Shown here piece after piece: positions 1 through 8,483 of a stretch of 31,196 bases of DNA. This DNA comes from a virus (lineage: Duplodnaviria > Caudoviricetes). The position numbers and the translations under genes were made by a program. Position 1 is the first letter of the stretch; each line of letters starts with the position of its first letter. The DNA lies in the IMG/VR virus record IMGVR_UViG_3300005100_000005, positions 1-31,196 of that record; one strand, written 5' to 3'. Below the pieces are notes generated by a model, which saw nothing but the letters and a program-made list of their open reading frames with translations, had not been told where the DNA came from and ran no database searches.

Positions 1-1022
1 TCATATTTGCAAACGTTATCATCAACCATGGCCTTATATAATTTTGCCTGCGTGCCCGTCATTTTATGCTCCACCGTCTTGAACTTTAATTCTGCAAGCT
101 CTAATTCACCCTCACGTCTGATCACATATGGTCTCAGTATTTTCTCCAAGGCATTACTTTCACTTGCCTTCACGCCAGTAATCTTAAGGCCAAAACCATC
201 ATCTGAGACGTTACAGAACCTGAAAGTGAATCCCCAGAATGACCCGAACCTATCTGGATCAATCAGCGAGATCAATGCCCAGATGTCCTCTACCGAATTC
301 ACTGTAGGGCTTGCCGTGAGCAAAAATACATTCACTCTGCGCGCAATCTTTCTAGCTGCCTTATACATTCCAGTCTTCCGGTTTCTGAGCTTATGCGCTT
401 CATCTACAATGAGCAAATCATCCTCATGAAATTCTTTCAGCAGATCGTCAATATGCATCTGCATCACATTAAAATTCATTATCAGGTAACCGCCTTCATC
501 ATGCCATAATGCCAAGGCAGCCCTCCGGTCCCCGGCATCCCCGGTCAATCTAATCGTGTTTGCCTTGATCCACTGCTTAATATGAGTATCCCAATCTGCA
601 ATTTTAGATTCAGGAACAACTACGATCGCTTTCTCTGGTCGAAGCTGCCCAGCGGCAACAACAGCCGTAACTGTTTTGCCAAGCCCTTGAGAGTCTGCAA
701 GGATTCCACGCTTGATTACAGTTAACCATTTAACTGCCACTCTCTGATATGCCATAAGGCCATCTACCCCAGGCAAATCTTTAGTTGATTTAATAACGTC
801 TAATCCTTTCTGCCAGGCCAAAACATCATTGAATCTATCGCCCAACTCCTCATCTATGATTACATTCTCATCTGAAGTCACGATCCTTCTAGCAATATCT
901 CCACACACTGGAAAATTCCAGAGGTTCTTCTGCTTGCGGAACTGCATCAATTCTCTGGGGACGTCTTTGCCTTCGGATCTAAAAATCATGCGCCCGCGAT
1001 TATTCAAAGTAAGCGTGCTCAT
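1..1022 (-). CDS. SNF2/SF2 DEAH-box helicase, C-terminus runs off the window
   Basis: Not in the ORF track because it has no stop in the window. Hand translation from ATG 1022 gives LMAYQ, GILADSQGLGKT (Walker A), IVVVP, LIVDEAH (Walker B) and LLTASP (motif III). ATGA overlap with the upstream stop. Confidence 0.92.
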   Translation of the reverse strand, partial: MSTLTLNNRGRMIFRSEGKDVPRELMQFRKQKNLWNFPVCGDIARRIVTSDENVIIDEELGDRFNDVLAWQKGLDVIKSTKDLPGVDGLMAYQRVAVKWLTVIKRGILADSQGLGKTVTAVVAAGQLRPEKAIVVVPESKIADWDTHIKQWIKANTIRLTGDAGDRRAALALWHDEGGYLIMNFNVMQMHIDDLLKEFHEDDLLIVDEAHKLRNRKTGMYKAARKIARRVNVFLLTASPTVNSVEDIWALISLIDPDRFGSFWGFTFRFCNVSDDGFGLKITGVKASESNALEKILRPYVIRREGELELAELKFKTVEHKMTGTQAKLYKAMVDDNVCKY

Positions 1023-1426
1023 AATTCATCAACCTTCAATCCGCAGTGCCATCCAGACTCAACGATACCATTTTTTAGCAGATAGTACAGAAGATGTGCC
1101 GTAGCGCTCCGAATATGTGATATCTTGATATCATCCGGGACATGCCGCATCATAGTCTTCAAGACCGTTGGTGACTGGAGCACGCAGGGGATCGCATTTT
1201 CTTCGCAGATATATTCAATGACCCCGATCTGCTTGATCGCTGAATGATAATCTGATGGTTTACCGCGCCTAATAAAAAAATTCTCCACGACAACAGTGTC
1301 TGGGTGAAAAAATGTAATTAATTTATTAAGCTCAACATATTTTTTCACAGTCTGCCCTTTTACTCTACCGTTTGAGTAAAGAGCTACACCGATCGTATCG
1401 CCAGGATCTATCGCTAGAATGATCAT
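1019..1426 (-). CDS. RuvC-like Holliday junction resolvase
   Basis: MIILAIDPG..IGVA, VVVEN and a C-terminal HIRSATAH. Start placed at ATG 1426 because it overlaps the HNH stop (ATGA). Confidence 0.8.
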   Translation of the reverse strand: MIILAIDPGDTIGVALYSNGRVKGQTVKKYVELNKLITFFHPDTVVVENFFIRRGKPSDYHSAIKQIGVIEYICEENAIPCVLQSPTVLKTMMRHVPDDIKISHIRSATAHLLYYLLKNGIVESGWHCGLKVDEL

Positions 1427-1914
1427 ATGTCCACCGCGATCCGCTTGATGGCGTAACATTCAAGACGTCTTTCACCTGCTACTTTGCGCATTGCTTTGCC
1501 TTTCTCAGAAGCAGCATATTTTGCAGCGGCCACTTTACCTTTTTCAGATGCAGCGTATCGTGCTTTAGTAAGCTTACCCCTTGCAGACTGCCTGTAGATT
1601 TTAGCCAAAGCTCTAACTGCTTCTGTCGCATCTGCTTTTCTTTGTGCAGCCCTACCTTTCTCAGATTGCTTATAGGTTCTGGCTGAAATTTTACCCGCTT
1701 CGGATGCAGCATGAATTTTATTAGAAATTTTTTTAGCTGGAGATCTATTCTTTGCTGCATTAGAAATCCATTTAGGTATAGGTTTAAAACCATTAGCTCG
1801 ATCCTCACGGTGCACTTTTTTATGTTCTACACGAGAAAGTATAATGATTTCGTCTTCACCATGGATTTCTTTATACCGTATGTGATGTTGTTCAAGTTTA
1901 GTCATTTTAATCAC
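1423..1914 (-). CDS. HNH-type (homing-like) endonuclease with basic C-terminal repeats
   Basis: N-terminal QHHIRY...IILSRVEHKKVH, followed by four YxxS(E/A)(K/R)G repeats. Confidence 0.65.
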   Translation of the reverse strand: MIKMTKLEQHHIRYKEIHGEDEIIILSRVEHKKVHREDRANGFKPIPKWISNAAKNRSPAKKISNKIHAASEAGKISARTYKQSEKGRAAQRKADATEAVRALAKIYRQSARGKLTKARYAASEKGKVAAAKYAASEKGKAMRKVAGERRLECYAIKRIAVDI

Positions 1915-2195
1915 TCAATTCGTGTTATAGAATAACTCTCGAGTCGTGCGCCCATATCATCCATATCATCTGCCGTAGTGTCCTGACTATTTATCTTGAA
2001 TTCCGCTGTGGGGTATGGAATAGCGATCGTATAATATCTAAAAGCAAGCGCAGCCATGTAAATGGGCAACCTGCCATATACCTCTTTTCCCATTATATCA
2101 ACATCTACTACTCTTGATTTCACCTCACCAATGATTCCACGTCGATTGAGCCATTCGATGATGCCTTCATGCCTAGTGACTATGACAATATCCAC
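1911..2195 (-). CDS. csx16: Csx16 (Cas_VVA1548)-like protein, putative cyclic oligoadenylate ring nuclease
   Basis: 94 aa with IVTRHEG..EWL, VYGRLP..MAA and a C-terminal D.M...GARLESY, matching the recalled Csx16 pattern (SRHxGAxEW, GxLP, GARLxxY). Confidence 0.8.
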   Translation of the reverse strand: MDIVIVTRHEGIIEWLNRRGIIGEVKSRVVDVDIMGKEVYGRLPIYMAALAFRYYTIAIPYPTAEFKINSQDTTADDMDDMGARLESYSITRIE

Positions 2196-2196
2196 G

Positions 2197-2343
2197 CTAA
2201 AACGTCCTTAGGTCAATTTGCTGAATACCAAATCTATACCTGCACAGACTGCATATGTATTTAGTCCCGGTACTGCGGTCTGATGTCAATAAAAATGCCG
2301 TCCCGCCGCACTTAGGGCACGCTTTGTTTTCAATGCTCGCCAT
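2197..2343 (-). CDS. 48-aa zinc-ribbon protein
   Basis: Hand-translated MASIENKACPKCGGTAFLLTSDRSTGTKYICSLCRYRFGIQQIDLRTF. CxxC...CxxC, with an AGGAGA RBS upstream. Confidence 0.8.
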   Translation of the reverse strand: MASIENKACPKCGGTAFLLTSDRSTGTKYICSLCRYRFGIQQIDLRTF

Positions 2344-2390
2344 ATTTTATTTTCTCCTGATATCATTTAACTACTCTTGATATTTTATCC

Positions 2391-2411
2391 CCATTTATAT
2401 ATATACTTACC
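2391..2411 (-). promoter_or_regulatory. Putative TATA-box promoter of the left early-type operon
   Basis: Minus strand GGTAAGTATATATATAAATGG about 50 nt upstream of ATG 2343. Resembles the GTAA(A/G)GTATAT elements at about 29930 and 30915. Confidence 0.6.
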
Positions 2412-2430
2412 GAATGCTCTCGCCCCCACA

Positions 2431-2528
2431 CAAAAGGAGAAATGCCCTGACACTTCTTTTGTTGCCTAAACTAGGCAATATACACAAAATCTAACAACAA
2501 AAGAAGTGTCGGATCATTTCTCTTTTTG
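2431..2528. repeat. 34-bp imperfect inverted repeat with a 30-nt loop and a nested alternative hairpin
   Basis: Arms 2431-2464 and 2495-2528 pair at 30 of 34 positions by Watson-Crick pairing. Inner hairpin TTGCCTA-aac-TAGGCAA at 2462-2478. Confidence 0.9.
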
Positions 2529-2688
2529 GTAAAATCGGACACTTTTTGAGGATTATGCACAACCGTGTACAGACGGCTTCGTAAAATATGTGTGCGGTAT
2601 GATCGAGAACCTAAAGTAATCCGTAAAATAAGGACGCTGTATAAAGTACTTTAAAAACTATTCAGTAGTAACAAGACAGTGTGGCACA

Positions 2689-3063
2689 TCACTGCACATT
2701 ATTAGAGTTCTCTACTCGGGACTTCACTAAAAATCCTACAAGTAATTCAAATGGAGACAAATCAAGATCGCCAAGATCTACATAGGTAGACCAGCCATTG
2801 ACGTCAATGTGATGGTTCACCCTATTGCATCTGTAATTTCCGTCTATCGTCACCCCACTCAATTCTATGGATGGAATTTTACAATATATAAGGTCTCCAA
2901 CTTTTATATTTGGATCTCCCAAAATTTTCGCATTGCCATGAATAATTGGTGAACCATATCGTTCTCGTATGGCTCCAGCCATTGACGCGCATAAGGTATT
3001 CGTGGCGATCGACAGGTTAGTCTCTACATGATATCGTGTGCCGTAATCTGGACTGAAAAAAAA
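2689..3063 (-). CDS. Baseplate hub/Tal-like protein, C-terminal part (+1 frame)
   Basis: GDPNIKVGDLIY...YRCNRVNHHID..GWST.VDLG is a typical hub C-terminus. It has no convincing start of its own and continues the upstream ORF across the T8 run. Confidence 0.7.
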   Translation of the reverse strand, partial: FFFSPDYGTRYHVETNLSIATNTLCASMAGAIRERYGSPIIHGNAKILGDPNIKVGDLIYCKIPSIELSGVTIDGNYRCNRVNHHIDVNGWSTYVDLGDLDLSPFELLVGFLVKSRVENSNNVQ

Positions 3064-3841
3064 TAGATATCCCGGTCTTTTGCGGAGTACCTGTCTCACC
3101 ATACACACTAACGTGCTCCACTAATTGCTCAATTGAATCACTAAAAGATGCCGTGAGCAAACGTGAAGTGCCTTCAATTATTTGAACAGTTGATGATGCC
3201 ACCAAAGGAACCGACTGCCAAGATGCAAAAACATCCGACAGATTATCACTTGAATCATATTCCGGGATGACAGAAAAAATATACTCATAAGCCTCTAAAG
3301 CTTCAAATTCACGCACAACGTCAACCATAAATTTTGTATCATCTTTAATATTGTAAGATGCTATCGAAGATGAGCCGGATGAATCGATCAAAGATGGGCT
3401 ATCATTGGTCAATCTTGATAGATATGTCAATAACGCTGATAGCATGGCACCTGTAGTAGTTGAGGATGCAGAGTAATCTGCCGTGACCATTCGATATAGC
3501 AATTCTTCTGCGTGCCCACGGCATTGCAATGTTGTGGGATTATCTTTGCCAAGACTGACTTCCATTTTCATGATACGCCCTTCAAATATGTCCTGATATA
3601 CAGGCTTTTCATCCGAAGAATACATTACATTTACTTGCACACGAATTATGTCATCTACTTGAATTGGTGGCACATATCCGGCAGATCCGGTAGAAATATT
3701 TGTGTTTATCACTACAGTTGCTGTTGGGCAGGTCCACGGAAATGTTGATGAAATATAGACTGAAGTAATTTTTGGGTGATATTTATCTTTTGACGTATTA
3801 TTTCGCTGGACTATGCAACGTAGATCAATTTTTCTGCTCAT
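3017..3841 (-). CDS. Baseplate hub/Tal-like protein, N-terminal part
   Basis: IFEGRI...LQCRG...L motif and position after Dit. ATG 3841 overlaps the upstream stop. Confidence 0.7.
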   Translation of the reverse strand: MSRKIDLRCIVQRNNTSKDKYHPKITSVYISSTFPWTCPTATVVINTNISTGSAGYVPPIQVDDIIRVQVNVMYSSDEKPVYQDIFEGRIMKMEVSLGKDNPTTLQCRGHAEELLYRMVTADYSASSTTTGAMLSALLTYLSRLTNDSPSLIDSSGSSSIASYNIKDDTKFMVDVVREFEALEAYEYIFSVIPEYDSSDNLSDVFASWQSVPLVASSTVQIIEGTSRLLTASFSDSIEQLVEHVSVYGETGTPQKTGISIFFQSRLRHTISCRD

Positions 3842-4077
3842 TTTTGCCACGCCTGAGATGAGACAATCAAGCCTTTTTGCTCAAATGTCGTGATGATAGA
3901 ATTCTTGATAGATGACTCTTGAATACCTGTAAGCTCTACATCGTCTTGAATTTTGATGAGGTATCTTGATTTATCTTGGCATGTGACTTGCACAGAAATT
4001 TCTCCAAGTTCATCCTGGACTGCTTTCATGATTGTCGCTTCAAGGCTTCTGTCAATTATTATCTCAAATATACTCAT
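3838..4077 (-). CDS. Small hypothetical tail-tip region protein
   Basis: 79-aa ORF tightly packed between Dit and hub. Confidence 0.65.
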   Translation of the reverse strand: MSIFEIIIDRSLEATIMKAVQDELGEISVQVTCQDKSRYLIKIQDDVELTGIQESSIKNSIITTFEQKGLIVSSQAWQK

Positions 4078-4080
4078 AAT

Positions 4081-6540
4081 TTAACCTACCCAACTTCGTT
4101 CTCTGAATTCTAATGTTACTTCGCAATTCTCAGAACTACCAGATCCAAAATCACATTTAAATTTTGAAGATGCCCCACCAATAATTTTTGGATGTTCTGC
4201 GTCAAGTGTAACTTTATTAATGCACAGATCAAAATTTTTGATAATTGCTACGTCATCACTGTCGCAGATGAATTTGAAATAGAAACTGGTGAGACCCTTT
4301 AAGCTCAATCCACTTGAGTCAAGTTCATAATCCGTCTCAACGTTGTCAACTGTATCTGTGTATATATTGTGCCATGTGACCGCATCATCAGAAATAGAGA
4401 TGTGCATCATGCTTGCAACACGGTCTATCAATGCAGTCAACACTGGTATGCCAGTAATTGGCCACTTAGTCTCAATTTTATATGCAAGATAGTCATTGTT
4501 CCCCAGATCTAGCTCATCATTAGTAGTGTCTTGGGATACACCATTCATATCATAGTACGCATCCTGCCACTTCTCAGATGTGAAGTCATCTTCATATCTC
4601 AAGGTCCCAGTGCCGTCAGCATTGATCCTGACAAGCATATCTTCTAACACTTGATTAGCCACGAGTGACTTGATAGTATCATCCGTGACATTATATATCT
4701 CAGGGCTTTCAAGAATATCATGTCTGTATTCTTGTGTACGTGTTATAGTGTCTTTTGAATATGCGTCATAACCAACAGCACTGGTCTTTATATAGTATTT
4801 TACAGTTAAAGTTTCGTCTATCGCAGCCTGTATATTTGGGACATTTGTTTTCTCAACATATGAGCTAGATGAGGTTGTAAATACCACTGCGTCGGTTTCC
4901 ACACCACTATTAAGGCTTGCTGCTTGATATGTAATTTTACAATAGGCGGTCTTCGCTGTCTCAGAGTGAATCCACGCTTCCAAATATGTGAGTTTGTGGG
5001 CACACCCGACTTTAGCGCTATATATAACTGTATCTATTAATTGATATGACTCCAATCCAGTTGAGTATATTGTCGCATTCGTATCTTCGTTCAATATTCC
5101 ACACGTCCTTGCATAAGTTGCGCTTGGGACTCCTCCTTTGATCTGTATGTCTGGTATTGAATCAACATTTCCAGTACTCCTTATATCTGCATCATACCTA
5201 TCTGAAGGCATTTCATCTGCCTCTATCAGAATAGCTTGATCAAACTGTGCACTTGTGTCACCGTTGCTAATCTTTAAATATATACTCATATGTGTTGCGG
5301 CAACATTCAGCGTCTTTGTAACAGTCAACCACTCCCATTCACCACTGCCAGTGTGATATGATGAATTAGTAGTCGAGAATCCATCATAGATAGTGATAAA
5401 TGCTCTACCCGCAACACTGCATTTAACCCATTCACTAGCAGTCAATGTTTTGCCTTGATGATACACGTTATAATTATGTTGATACATCTGGCAATCTGTT
5501 CCATTCCGTGTAAGTTGACTTGCATATTGCCCATGAGTGCCTGCTACTCGAAGTATAGTCGCACCAGAGCCATAAAGAGTCCAATCGTCCGGCGCACTCG
5601 TTACTCCACTTGACCACTCCTCAAATGAACTATCAGACAGGATGTTCTGAATTGGTGCCTTGATGCTACTGCCTTCAACCAACACCGCTCCATCACAGTA
5701 TATACTGATAACTGCTCCAGTACCTACATAGTTATGTACTCTTAATGAAGCAGTTATCAACCCAGTCCTGAACGTTCTTGTAACTGTCATCCACTCATAA
5801 TTACCGGATCCTATATGATAATCACTCGCACTCGCTATATCTCCAGAGCCATCATTATCATATATAATCAACCTTACCCTTGATGCTGTACCACACTTAA
5901 CCCACATACCGAAAGTATATGTTCCTCCATCTACTATTGTTTCATCAATCATTTGACTTATATAAGCTGCGGTACTAGCTACATTTGTTAACTTGGCACT
6001 GTAATCACCGATCAATGAGGGAGCTTGAAGAATGGTACCACCTTTACTCCATCCATCCGGGGCTGAAGATATACCATCACTCCATTCATCAAACCTCCAG
6101 TTGTCAAGCAGATTGTCTGAAGGCATGTCCTCGGCTATCCACTCTTCACCATCAGATGTGATTTCTTTTGACCTACTTAGCAGGGCCGTAGATTCACGAT
6201 ATGGTGTCAGAGTATAGAGCAATAGATCATATGGAAAATGTGTGTCTGGATTACCATCCAACATTGAGGGCGCTAATTGCACTGAATACACTTGATATTG
6301 CCAGCCTTCACGCACTATCAATGTCTGTGCCCCACTCTTCATAAATTCTGCAATTACTGCATCATAATTTTCAATGGTAGTCTCGAATCCTTCTAAGCGA
6401 AGAATCAAGCCATCATATCCCATATCAGTGATGCAATTTTCAGATGATCCTGGGACATCTATCATTTCATTTCTGTGCGTAGATACCATTCTGAGATTGA
6501 ATCCTTCAAGCTCTACGCCATTGATTGTTGCCATTTTCAT
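4081..6540 (-). CDS. Evolved distal tail (Dit-like) protein with two tandem CBM4/9-like domains
   Basis: Directly follows the tape measure gene. Dit-like N-terminus (IDVPG) and STGNVDSIPDIQIKG motif. Two homologous domains begin NLLDNWRFDEWSDGISSAPDGW and NILSDSSFEEWSSGVTSAPDDW. Confidence 0.75.
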   Translation of the reverse strand: MKMATINGVELEGFNLRMVSTHRNEMIDVPGSSENCITDMGYDGLILRLEGFETTIENYDAVIAEFMKSGAQTLIVREGWQYQVYSVQLAPSMLDGNPDTHFPYDLLLYTLTPYRESTALLSRSKEITSDGEEWIAEDMPSDNLLDNWRFDEWSDGISSAPDGWSKGGTILQAPSLIGDYSAKLTNVASTAAYISQMIDETIVDGGTYTFGMWVKCGTASRVRLIIYDNDGSGDIASASDYHIGSGNYEWMTVTRTFRTGLITASLRVHNYVGTGAVISIYCDGAVLVEGSSIKAPIQNILSDSSFEEWSSGVTSAPDDWTLYGSGATILRVAGTHGQYASQLTRNGTDCQMYQHNYNVYHQGKTLTASEWVKCSVAGRAFITIYDGFSTTNSSYHTGSGEWEWLTVTKTLNVAATHMSIYLKISNGDTSAQFDQAILIEADEMPSDRYDADIRSTGNVDSIPDIQIKGGVPSATYARTCGILNEDTNATIYSTGLESYQLIDTVIYSAKVGCAHKLTYLEAWIHSETAKTAYCKITYQAASLNSGVETDAVVFTTSSSSYVEKTNVPNIQAAIDETLTVKYYIKTSAVGYDAYSKDTITRTQEYRHDILESPEIYNVTDDTIKSLVANQVLEDMLVRINADGTGTLRYEDDFTSEKWQDAYYDMNGVSQDTTNDELDLGNNDYLAYKIETKWPITGIPVLTALIDRVASMMHISISDDAVTWHNIYTDTVDNVETDYELDSSGLSLKGLTSFYFKFICDSDDVAIIKNFDLCINKVTLDAEHPKIIGGASSKFKCDFGSGSSENCEVTLEFRERSWVG

Positions 6541-7853
6541 ACTCCGCTTTTCGTAGCTGAAATTGCAGATGCAGCCGGACTAATTGTCCAATCACCAGAT
6601 TGTCTTGTCTCACCAAATGTTCCCATAGAACTTAGATCAATCCCTGAACCACTGGCTCGCATGCCTTCGGTCGCACCGTGTTTTGCTAAGTAAGCTAATT
6701 TCTTTTCTTCAAGTGATACCTGTTCTTTGAGTTCACCTGTGATCTCTTTTTCAAGATTCACAAGATTTAACTTTGATCGTTCTTGCATTGAGAGTCCATA
6801 TGCTCGTGCATTTTCGAGTTCTAGGGCACGTTCTGAGTACCCCATTCCTTCTAAAATGTAAGTCTTGCGATTAAATTCTTTCTCATCAATGCTTATGAGT
6901 AGATTACTCTGCAACCCAAGCCAATCAACTACCTCTTGCTCAGATTCAGCTCCATCTTCTCTTATCTGGCTGATATCTTTGATTCTCCTAATCTGCTGAC
7001 CCATTAACAAAGCCGTATCAGGCACTGCCGCTACAATTTCACCTAATTTACTCGCAGCATTATATTTTTGAGTAGCTTCAGTTATTTTATTAATTCCGCC
7101 AAAAACACTTTCAAGTGCCGGAAGAAATTCTGCACCAAAACTAACTGCTACGCCAGAAGAAGTTGCTTTTAATTTTTGCATCTCGGTTGTCGCATCTGTT
7201 GTGAATCCGCCTAGCATATCAGTGCGTTCAGTTAGTCCATTCATCGCCGCATTTAAAAATGCCGTCTTTCGTTCAGCATCTGTTAACGCATTAACCGTTT
7301 TACCAAGTGACTCAGCGTAATCTTCATTTGCTTTTTCCGCCCTCACAATGATGCCTAGATTATCTAGTAGCATCCGGGATTGTCGACCGACACCTAACGC
7401 TAGAGACTCAAACATATACCCTACATCTTGCCCTGTAGCTTGAGCTATGATTGCCGCGCCTTCCATCATTCGAGCTATTGTATCTGTGTCAAGCCCTAAT
7501 AGCATGGCCTGATTGGCCTTTTGCATGATCTCAGATTCAGACACGGTCCCATGGCTCATTTCTTTTAATGTCCGCATATATTCTTCAGCGTCTCTGCCTT
7601 GAGATTCAACCAAAGAATGAAAACCACGTTCAAGCTGCGCATGTTTTGCGGCCATTGTGGCTGACATTACAATTACTCCAGAAGCTACGGCTGAGAATAC
7701 TGCTCCAATCATTGGCCCATATGACTTCATTTTAGAAGCAAATGATTTAGTTGCTGCATCAGATTTTTTTAAAGTATTTTGATAATCTTTGTCATCACCC
7801 TTAATTTTGATCATGACTTGATTAGCTGATCCACTAAGTCTTCCGCTACTCAT
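6537..7853 (-). CDS. Tape measure protein (short, 438 aa)
   Basis: Helical and Ala-rich, N-terminal IKIKGDD, core GRQSRMLLDNLGI motif, located after the chaperone. Confidence 0.88.
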   Translation of the reverse strand: MSSGRLSGSANQVMIKIKGDDKDYQNTLKKSDAATKSFASKMKSYGPMIGAVFSAVASGVIVMSATMAAKHAQLERGFHSLVESQGRDAEEYMRTLKEMSHGTVSESEIMQKANQAMLLGLDTDTIARMMEGAAIIAQATGQDVGYMFESLALGVGRQSRMLLDNLGIIVRAEKANEDYAESLGKTVNALTDAERKTAFLNAAMNGLTERTDMLGGFTTDATTEMQKLKATSSGVAVSFGAEFLPALESVFGGINKITEATQKYNAASKLGEIVAAVPDTALLMGQQIRRIKDISQIREDGAESEQEVVDWLGLQSNLLISIDEKEFNRKTYILEGMGYSERALELENARAYGLSMQERSKLNLVNLEKEITGELKEQVSLEEKKLAYLAKHGATEGMRASGSGIDLSSMGTFGETRQSGDWTISPAASAISATKSGV

Positions 7854-8008
7854 TGCTCTACCGCCTCATTATGCCTTTTTACAGATTCTATCCATGAATC
7901 TTCGATGTATGCACGTTCAAGATCTTCTAATTGACCAAATGAACTAGGAGTGAGACTCCACGCCTGCAACATCTGTGCTAGACCTTGACCTAAGTCGCTC
8001 GCCGAGAA
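7850..8008 (-). CDS. Tail assembly chaperone frameshift extension (gpGT-like)
   Basis: The +1 frame reads FSASDLGQGLAQMLQAWSLTPSSFGQLEDLERAYIEDSWIESVKRHNEAVEQ*. Its TGA overlaps the tape measure ATG. Confidence 0.7.
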   Translation of the reverse strand, partial: FSASDLGQGLAQMLQAWSLTPSSFGQLEDLERAYIEDSWIESVKRHNEAVEQ

Positions 8009-8474
8009 ACCTACTGATATCTGCTAACCTCTGAGCAGGCTCTAAGACAAAATATGCCGTAAGGATATTATCCACCAATTCTGGAGCTAAATCCTCCGAT
8101 AACCAGAATTTAGCCGTCAGTGTCGCATCAATTGTGATATACTCCAGAAATCTAGCAAGATCAGTTTCTTCTTCTTCAGTCTCTATGAACTGACTCTCAC
8201 TCTCCTGCGCAATTTTCCAACGCGCAAGTGTGCCTTGGTACTCCCTTATCTCAGATTTTGACAATCGTGCACGGATCTCAACGTCCTTAGAACCTCCAAG
8301 GCCACAAATTGGCACCATGATCGTTTCTTTAGTTCTTCTGATAAGGAAGTCACGCGTACTCATACCATTGACTACTTTCTGCAACTCTTCAGTTTTCTTT
8401 TGTTGCTCAATTTGACCTGGGGTTACTTCACCAGATCTGAGTGCCATATGTTCTTTTGGGGTTATCTTAGACAT
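7944..8474 (-). CDS. Tail assembly chaperone (gpG-like)
   Basis: Lies between tail tube and tape measure, has a GAGGA RBS, and has an overlapping downstream frame. Confidence 0.75.
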   Translation of the reverse strand: MSKITPKEHMALRSGEVTPGQIEQQKKTEELQKVVNGMSTRDFLIRRTKETIMVPICGLGGSKDVEIRARLSKSEIREYQGTLARWKIAQESESQFIETEEEETDLARFLEYITIDATLTAKFWLSEDLAPELVDNILTAYFVLEPAQRLADISRFLGERLRSRSSTDVAGVESHS

Positions 8475-8483
8475 TCAATTTCC

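Noticed and set aside
2613-2624. 12-mer AAAGTAATCCGT shared with 28923-28934, flanking the structural operon
   Set aside because: Shared 12-mers are expected by chance in 31 kb, and no integrase is in the window to support an att-site reading. Worth revisiting only if conserved in relatives.
2412-2688. tRNA or other known RNA gene in the intergenic gap
   Set aside because: No cloverleaf or T-loop consensus was recognisable by eye.
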